Shown one piece after another: positions 1-64,000 of a DNA stretch of 64,000 nt. Position numbers and translations under genes: made by a program. Below the pieces are notes generated by a model, which was given only the letters and a program-made list of their open reading frames with translations, was not told the DNA's origin and ran no database searches. This DNA comes from Eledone cirrhosa (taxonomy: Eukaryota), in NCBI GenBank assembly GCA_964016885.1, contig OZ024742.1:318928001-318992000 (forward strand), given 5' to 3'. Numbering within the stretch: the first letter of the stretch is position 1; each line of letters starts with the position of its first letter.

Positions 1-584
1 ACGTAGACTCTCACATCAGTAGCTGGACCCAAATATTAGCATTGAGTGCTCAAACTGATGTAACAAAAATTATACACTATTATACATATATATATCAAGG
101 GCTTAAGCCTTGAATTGTCTTTCCTCTTTCCAATATAAAGCGTGAAACTAATACGACTTTTTGTACCTCTGTTTGTTGTCTCCTTGAACTAATATATATA
201 TAATTCAATGTATCGGACATTAGTTGTTCATCAGAAGTAGAGGAATACAAAGATAAGGTTTAAAGAGTAGAAGTAGCACAAAGATGGAATTCATATATAA
301 AAGAGGGACATGTGAGTGTGTGTGTTGTATCCAACACATTGTGTGTATGTGCTGCTGAAGTGGTGCATACATAGTTGGTGATGGCGTGTATGTATGTCTG
401 GGTGTATCAGCATCATATATGTGCATGGTTGATCATTGTATGTATCAAATAAAGTTATAAGAGAAAAAAAAATAACCTGACTCCAAAAGATGAAATAACT
501 GGAGTAAAAATAAACATATGATGACCGTTATATCATCATGGTAACACAATATACATCGTTAAGTGGGAATATGTATGTACATAG

Positions 585-585
<1 letters not shown>

Positions 586-638
<53 letters not shown>

Positions 639-672
639 GAGAGAGAGAGAGAGAGAGAGAGAGAGTGTGTGT
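586..672. repeat. (TG)n/(GA)n microsatellite; (TA)n runs also at 9020-9058, 60622-60684 and 61791-61850
   Basis: Directly visible. Confidence 0.97.
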
Positions 673-827
673 TTCTACATGTGTGTTTATAAGCAAGTGT
701 ATTAAAACTGGAGTGGTTTGGGGCAGGTTGCTATCAAAAGATTTAATGAACAAAATGAAAGATAAGCTGCTATTAAGTTTGATATGGCCTGGGCTAATAC
801 TGGCCGGAAGTTATCAAAGTTACTTAC

Positions 828-56092
<55,265 letters not shown>

Positions 56093-57676
56093 CTGCAAAA
56101 GGAGAAAAAAAGAATTTTTTTCAATTATAATAGTGGTTTCTCATTTAAACACAAGGCCAGCAATTTTGGGGGAGGAAAAAGTCGATTAATTCGAATCCAG
56201 TGCATGTCTGGTACTTCTTTTTATCAATCTCATAAGGATGAAAAGCAAAGCTAACCTTGACGGGATTTGATTTCAGAACGTAAAGAGACATAATTATATA
56301 CCACAAAGTATATTGCCTGATGCTCTACCGATACTGCTAATCCACTTCAATTATAATAATTGTTTCTACTTTTGACACAAGGCCAACAATTATTCCAGTA
56401 CATTACTGGTACTTTATTTTATCGACCTCGTAAGGATGAAAGGCAAAGTTAACCTCGGTGAGATTTGAACTCAGATCATAAAGGGAAGTAACTCTATGCT
56501 TCAAAGCATGGCGTCCGACCCTCTACCGATACTGGCAATCCACCACTTCAATTATAATAATAATTTCTTGCGAGGCACAAGGTCAAGAATTTGGGAGAGG
56601 GAGTGAACAGTCAATTAAAACCAGTGATGCATCATTTTATTGACTCTGGAAAGATGAAAGGTAAAGTTGGCTTTGAGAGGATTTGAACTAACAACTTAAA
56701 AAGACAGAACAATACCACTAGACATTTTATCTGTTATCTAAACATTCTCCCAATCTAAATAAAAAGGTCTGGCTGATTGAACCATCTTCCATAAGTTACT
56801 GGGACAAATTTTATCATCTATAGAAGGATGAAATGCTAAGTTGAACCTCGCATAATATGAACTCAGAATGTAACCATACACTGCAAGGTATTTTAACAGA
56901 TATCTATTATTGTTGTCATCCACATTGTTACATGGCATTAGGAAGGGCATCCAGCTGTATAAACTAAGCCAAAATATAGATCCATATGAGCAAAACTTGG
57001 TCTCCAGACCTGACTTGGCTCATAATATGATAACCTGTCTAACTTATGCAAGTGTGGAAAAACAGACGATATGGATGCCCTTCCTAATGCCAATCAGCCT
57101 CAGAAATATAAAGAATAAAAAGCACCAAAGAGTCTAACACAAGTTGCAGCCGACAGAACTTCATCCCAAGGATGTGAAGATACAAAATCAGAAATTAAAA
57201 AATTCTTTAGAAAAAAAAAAATTTTTTTCCAAAAATTATTATCCAAATTTCCTTATGGTTTTACTGAGACCATCGGGAACGGGCTCAAAATCAGCATCAT
57301 CAGAGTTTATTTTCACATATTTTCAACTTACATATATATCAATTATAGAGATGGCAACAACAACAATATATACTGAAAGAATTTCAAATAGGGAATCAAA
57401 AGTTGTCAAATAATATACTTCACTGGGAGACCTATATGTTTCACTAAAGGTTTTTCCGATGTGCTTTAACAATATCAAAAGTGAGATAGCATCATCAGAT
57501 GAAGTTGCTTTATTGTGTAAGTATTCATACAGTATAAAACCATAAGGAAATTCGGATAATAATTTTTTTTTTATTATTTCTGATTTTGTAATTTCACAGC
57601 CTCAAGATGAAGCTCTGTCAGCTGAAACATGTGTTAGTTATTGACTCTTTGGTGCTTTTTAATCTTTATATATTTA

Positions 57677-58580
57677 TTAGCAAAATGGCCCGGCATTGCT
57701 CAGGCTTCTAAACATAGATTGGCATGTTTATCCCTCCTTTCTGAAACAGTACAAAGAAGTACGGAATACCTCGGCCTGGGGATGGTGTCTACATTTTGAG
57801 CTTAGGCAAATAATTTTCCATTAAGATTTTTTTTTGTTGTTGTTTTTGCTGCTGTTGGTGTGATAGCAGGCGTTGGTCATACTACTAACACAGTCTCGTC
57901 CTTCTTCAGCCAATCGTGTATATCCCTTTCTGCCTCGTCTACCTAAACAATGATTGTAGCACCTCCTTGTACACAATGTTCCTTGTTCTTCTGTGTCAGG
58001 CATATGCAAAGAGATTTGTCTTGCTTCCCACTCTTGAGTAGCCAACGTATAGTTGCCCGTGTGAAAAATATGACTCTTCCAAAAGAAGACCAGCAACAGC
58101 CAGGGTCTTCCCTGGGATTTGTTGAGAGACATTGCAAAGCTGACGCGGTTCGGCGAATGATTCATTGGTTGTCTGTTTCAAGTGCTCTTCTGGTGGCAGT
58201 ACGTTCAGCATCTTGCGACCGTCAAATAGCAGATTCCACTGACGATTCGTTTGCCCGCCTTGTTCTTTTTCTGGCCGCTTTCGCAGTATTTCGGCCAATG
58301 GAGTATCTCTTCCTTCGAGGCATGACCTAAAAGCAGGACGAAGTACACTAAGACTAACTGGTAGAGTAAGGGAGTAAACTCGTCAGTGATGCATGTGATT
58401 TCCGAACCGTTGACTATGTAATTGCTGGCCTTGTGCCAAAAGTAGTGGGACTTTTTGGGTGGCATATCGGCAGTAACAATGACGATAAGCCGTCTGTGCT
58501 TTCGTGAAATAAATACATTTGTTTATATTTTGTTTTTGTATATGCAAAAATATCTGTACACGAATATATAATTATATATA
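57677..58580 (-). mobile_element. Internally deleted Helitron (Rep/helicase N- and C-terminal remnants)
   Basis: Pif1-like motifs SFAMSLNKSQG and FSHGQLYVGYSRVG; basic N-terminus MPRRKRYSIGR; 3' hairpin CCTGAGCAATGCCGGG followed by CTAA. Confidence 0.8.
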
Positions 58581-59820
58581 CAGGATGTGGACGATATTTG
58601 TTCGCAATTTTCAACTGCTAATTTTATGCAAATTTTTTTTACTTCCGTTGTCACTCTTGTCTTCATAAAAAAAGTGACTATATTTCCATTATTTATTTTC
58701 AGAATAATTGATTATGAATAATTTTGAACCTCCAAATTTGTGGAAGAGACACAGAGTTCTTCTTGGAATCCGCGCCGGGAGGACAAATAAGGAAATTTCA
58801 GACTTTCTCAGCGGCAGCAGGAGAATGGTGGAAAAGGTCAGAAAGGAATTGGAAGATTCAGGATTCGACTACGAAGCAATCAGAGAGGAAAACGCATGAT
58901 CGACGATCTGACACCTTCAGAACGCCCGAGTTCGTCGCTGAAGTTCAGGATATCATCAACAATGAACCTAGCAAGTCGATGCGTGCCATTGCAAGGGAGA
59001 AAGGCGTGGATGAAAAGCTCATTAGGCTGGTGGTACATGAAGACATTCGCTACGTTTCATACAAGATGAGGAAAGGACAATTTCTGTCAAAGGCGATGCA
59101 AGAAAAGCGACTGAAGCACGCAAAGAAGCTGATCAACAAGTTGAAACACCCACTGGAGCCAGACATGCAGTGGTTTTTCTCCGACGAGAAAAACTTCTGC
59201 CAAGACCAGTAGATCAACTCCCAGAACAACAGGTGGCTCGCTGTCTCATCCATAGACATGCCCAGAGTCATGCAGACAAAGTTTCCAGTGACAACATTGG
59301 TCTTCGGTGTCGTCAGCAGTCAAGGTGACGTCATGCCACCTCACTTCTTCCCTGAGGGCCTCAAGCTGAACACCGATGGCTACATCCGCGTTCTGAGCGA
59401 GGTAGTAAAGCCCTGGATCAACCAGGTAGCTGCAGGTGGGCCGTACATGTGGCAGCAAGACTCAGCGCCCTGCCATACCAGCCGAAAGAATCAAGCCTGG
59501 CTGTCAGAGAAGTTGGTCGACCACACTTCACCTGACATCTGGGCTCCCAGCTCACCTGACTGCAACCCCCTCAACTTCTTTGTGTGGGGCGCAGTGGAAC
59601 GAGACACCAACAGATCTAGCTGCAATACGAATTGTTTCTACTTTTGGCACAAGGCCAGCAATTATCCCAGTACATTACTGGTACTTTATTATATATATAA
59701 TATATATAATACAACATTCTTTTTAGATAGATACATAGCTATAATGTCGCGCCCTTATAATATCTCTCTGTCTAGCCGCCTGTCTGCATTGACTTCCCTT
59801 CTAACCAACTTTTAATTAAT

Positions 59821-60549
59821 TATATATATATATAATTATATATTCGTGTACATATTTTCAACAGTCATACTATACTATATATTTTCAACAGTAATACTAT
59901 ACTATATATTTTCAACAGTAGTACAGTACTATATATTTTCAGCAGTAATACTATACTATATATTTTCAGCAGTAATACTATACTATACTATATATTTTCA
60001 ATGGTAATACTATACTATATATATTTTCAACAGTAATACTATACTATATATTTTCAACAGTAATACTATACTATATATTTTCAGCAGTAATACTATACTA
60101 TACTATATATTTTCAACGGTAATACTATACTATATATATTTTCAACAGTAATACTATACTATATATTTTCAACAGTAATATTGTACTATATATTTACAAC
60201 AGTAATACTATACTATACTATATATTTTCAACAGTAATACTGTACTACACTATATTTTCAACAGTGATACTATACTATATATTTACAACAGTGATACTAT
60301 ACTATACTATATATTTTCAACAGTGATACTATACTATATATTTTCAACAGTAATATTGTACTATATATTTACAACAGTAATACTATACTATACTATATAT
60401 TTTCAACAGTAATACTGTACTACACTATATTTTCAACAGTGATACTATACTATATATTTTCAACAGTAATACTGTACTATATGTTTTCAACAGTAATACT
60501 GAGATGGCTTATCGTCTGTTTATCCAAGCGAAACTAGGTACATCAGCTA
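59821..60549 (+). mobile_element. Non-autonomous Helitron of the same family carrying a ~26-bp satellite
   Basis: 5' tatataattatatattcgtgtaca and internal agaYggcttatcgtc match the 57677-58580 element; 3' end ccaagcgaaactaggtacatcagcta. Confidence 0.65.
59850..60500. repeat. Minisatellite, ~25-31 bp unit (tatactatatattttcaacagtaatac)
   Basis: More than 20 visible tandem units. Confidence 0.95.
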
Positions 60550-60620
60550 TATATATATATATATATGGATGCTGTAGAACACGTCAATGGTAGCCGGGCG
60601 CCAGCCGGACGGGCCAGCTA

Positions 60621-60687
<67 letters not shown>

Positions 60688-61788
60688 CCAGCAGTAGTGT
60701 TGGTAGGAGTTGAAACCAAGACTCCACCGTGTATAAATATATATACATATCTAATATGCAGGCATGTAAACATGCCAAAAAATATGAATTTCCCTGTAAA
60801 TTGAAAAAAATTATAAACATCAATTTTCAGATCTTATTGGACCCTCATCAGAAGACGTGTATATCACCCAATCAACCACAAGGAAACATGTATTTAGTGG
60901 GTATATATACCCATTCACTGAGTATTATTCTGAAATGGACGTACTAATTTCTGACTATATATTTATGTTATGTCCTTATGGATAAACAAATACACTGCAA
61001 ACAGTGTAATAACAATATAATCGAAATAAACTGCGATAAGCACACGTAACGTAACAACAATCCAACACACTAACTTGAACTCCAACTTTGACTATCAACA
61101 CATGAACTGTGGAACTAATACCAACTTGCCCACTTACTCAGGCCGCTACTATTTATATGTAGTGGTCCAGCCCATTCTCGCCAAAGGGCATCATATTCTC
61201 GCACAACAATATATAAATACACATATATATATATATATATATCCATATATATATATATATCCATCTATACATATGATATTGTAACCCGACTCCCGGGTGA
61301 AGGTGCATGGTTTTGTGGTTAGAGCATTGGGCTTGCAATCAAAAGGTTGTGAGTTCAATTCTCAGACCGGGTGATGTGTTGTTTCCTTGAGCAAGACACT
61401 TTATTTCACGTTGCTCCAGTTTACTCAGCTGTAGAAATGAGTACCGGCCTGCCCGCCCAGCCAGTGGGATGGCGTTATCTTATGGCTAAAACAGCACGAC
61501 GTGCTGTGACCAGCGGCGCCAAATGGACGCCAGACGGACTGGTCGGTCAAGGTGGTCAAGATCAAGGTGACATATGGTATGGCCCCGTAACTCCTAATAG
61601 AGTCATAGGGGCGGTGTATTGACATACAGCATTTTTTGGGCATTTTGAGCCCATCCCTCTCCAGGAGGGATGGGCTCTCTTCAAGAAACCACTGATAAAT
61701 GAATTATGTTGTTTATTACATAACTAAAAAGCTCTGTAGCCTACATAGAGCACTCTCTTTTCCTTTACCTTTCCTACGGAAATACTTC

Positions 61789-61828
<40 letters not shown>

Positions 61829-63210
61829 TATATATATATATATATATATTATCACCTTGACCGACCAGTCTGTCAGGCGCCATTCGGCACAGCACGTTGC
61901 TGTTTTAGCCATACAATGACGCCATCCCACTGGCTCGGCAGGAAGGCCATAAGTCTAAAGTCTGTCTTAAGCCAGAAGGCTCATTTGGCCGGTGCTTATC
62001 CCGGCTTCATGGCGTGAAGCGACTGTGAGCACAAGACGTCATGCCACCTCACTTCTTCCCTGAGGGCCTCAAGCTGAACACCAATGGCTACATCCACGTT
62101 CTGAGCGAGGTAGTAAAGCCCTGGATCGACCAGGTAGCTGCAGGTAGGCCGTACGTGTGGCAGCAAGACTCAGTGCCCTGCCATACCAGCCGAAAGAATC
62201 AAGCCTGGCTGTCAGAGAAGTTCGTCAACCACACTTCACCTGACATCTGGCCTCCCAGCTCGCCTGACTGCAACCCCCTCAACTTCTTTGTGTGGGGCGC
62301 AGTGGAACGAGACACCAACAGATCTAGCTGCAATACGAAAGGCAATCTGAAGGCCAGGATCACAAGTGCCTTTAGGGGCCTAAGTCGGGAGACAGTGACT
62401 AAGGCCTGTAGCTGGTTCCGAGGCCGCCTTGAGGCCGTCATCATAGCTAATGGCGGGTTTATCGAATAAGATCGAAAGAACAAGTCATGAAGACAAACTG
62501 ACCCAAGTTTGATAAATATATCTTAAAAAAACTACTGTGTTATTTTTTCATAGACAGTAATCTTGCGAACAAATATCGTCCGCACCCTGTATATATATAT
62601 ATTGATGACCTCTCTGTCCGCAATCTTTGCAGCACGTTTTTACCACCGTTGTAAAAAACCCTTCTGGATTATCTCCCTTTCCCTTCACCTCCTCACTTTT
62701 GGTTGCCCGTGTCTCTCTCTCACTTTCTCCTGTCTATGTGAGAGGCAGCACGATTATACCAGCTCTGAGTTGTAGCTGACCACCAGGCTAAAGTCTCCCA
62801 GGTTGGCCACAACTTACTTTCCCTATTTTTCCACGGTTACTTTTACCTGTGTCTTCCCACGATGGGATCTGTACACTTTTTTTTCTTCTATTCCTTTCCT
62901 ATTTTTCCCCTTCTTCCTCTCTCCTCATCTTTTTCCCCCCTGTTCTTCCTCCTTTCCCTCTCTTTCCTTTTCTCTCTCCTTTTCCACCTGGCCTTTTGAT
63001 TAATAAAAGGCCTTGTGTGCACCCAAACTACACCGATGTCCTGTAATTCAGTGCCGAAACATCGGTTCGGGAAACATTTACAGCTGACGATGGAAACTCC
63101 TTTCTTCCTTTCTCCTCCTGTTCCGTCCTAACCACCATCCTAAACCTTGTTTTAGTAACCACACAGCTCCTTTCATTTCATAACTTTTTGTATATATATA
63201 TATATATATA

Positions 63211-63242
<32 letters not shown>

Positions 63243-63389
63243 ATATGTATATAAATAGGGAGAAACAAAGCAGGCTTTGTTTAGAAACAGCTAACGAATT
63301 TGAAAATTAAGTAGTACTCAATACTCATCCTTTTTTCCATTCAGAGGGTTTTTTTTTAATCCCAACTAACAGACTAATTTTATTTAGTC

Positions 63390-63781
63390 TGTAGCGGCCC
63401 CTTACGGCTGTAACTCAGCACGTATAGGAGCTGCGTCCCTTTGTGACGGTCGCGACTCCCAGTGGCAGATCCATGTACTAAATGGAGTTGCGTCCCCCTG
63501 GGGACTATATATTTGAAGACATCAAGGCAGCAACTCTCACTTCCTGCGCCGGCAGCCTAAAGAAACACTTGAACCTTACCAAGAGACGATTTCTGTTCTT
63601 CTCTACACACTCCGGTCTGGGAGTTGTAACCAACTGACCATCAACATGTGGTAAAAATTATTTCTATTAATTTATTTGACTTCTGTGAAGTAAAACCATG
63701 TCACAACACTCACCTGCATTTATTGTCATTCTTAATAATATATATACACTGATACTAACATTCTAAATTGGTGACCCCGAC
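63390..63781 (+). mobile_element. LTR (63390-63767) followed by tRNA-Trp primer-binding site
   Basis: Begins TGTAG, ends CTAAA (degenerate CTACA), internal TATA-like run, then TGGTGACCCCGAC (complement of the tRNA-Trp 3' end). Confidence 0.7.
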
Positions 63782-64000
63782 ATTTAAAAAAAAAAAAAAA
63801 AAATGGGAAAAAAAAAATGAAAGAAAAAAACATTTAATACAGAACAACACGCTTCATTCTGATCTGGCTGTATTTTACTGATTTCAGCATCTTTATCTGT
63901 AACGTTTAACAATCAAACTCCTCATATGTGCAAAGCGAACATTCCATTTATTTACACACAAACACAAAAAAAAAAAGATAACATTATATTGCCGCTAGTT

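Larger units (their letters stand above)
58581..62589 (+). mobile_element. Composite Tc1/mariner (DD37D/maT-type) transposon with defective transposase
   Basis: TIRs CAGGATGTGGACGATATTTGTTCGCAA and TTGCGAACAAATATCGTCCGCACCCTG, flanked by TA. FSDEKNF...QQDS-x-SPDCNPLN with 37-aa spacing. Frameshift, stop, internal duplication and insert. Confidence 0.88.

Noticed and set aside
60820-60856. Hammerhead-like core CTGATGAG-GGTC..GATC-TGAAA on the minus strand
   Set aside because: I could not form stems I and III or find an NUH cleavage triplet; at best a decayed relic.
56093-64000. POLR3A exon 1 (MVKEQF-like) and promoter
   Set aside because: No matching coding sequence found; presumably beyond the window end.

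Overview
AT-rich, repeat-dense animal genomic DNA; the SINE/RTE/microsatellite repertoire suggests an octopus-like cephalopod (inference). Most of the window is one minus-strand gene, POLR3A/RPC1 (largest subunit of RNA polymerase III). I traced 32 internal coding exons from 56092 down to 828 (3850 nt, about 1283 codons, consistent phases, NADFDGD catalytic motif). Exon 1 and the last exons lie outside the window, so exon numbers are my own count. The main nested features are: (i) two tandem U5 snRNA genes in the 7-kb intron 4563-11698, with a 99-nt identical core, an inverted loop in the 3' hairpin, and shared upstream and 3'-box-like motifs; (ii) a U12-type (minor spliceosome) GT-AG intron at 14638-16014. 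The introns also hold a nearly intact RTE LINE, several truncated RTE and CR1-like LINEs, a CRE-type REL-endonuclease fragment, a composite DD37D-type Tc1/mariner, Helitrons, hAT-, piggyBac- and mariner-type MITEs, an LTR with a tRNA-Trp primer-binding site, many tRNA-derived SINEs, minisatellites and long palindromes. All calls come from manual reading; no searches were run.
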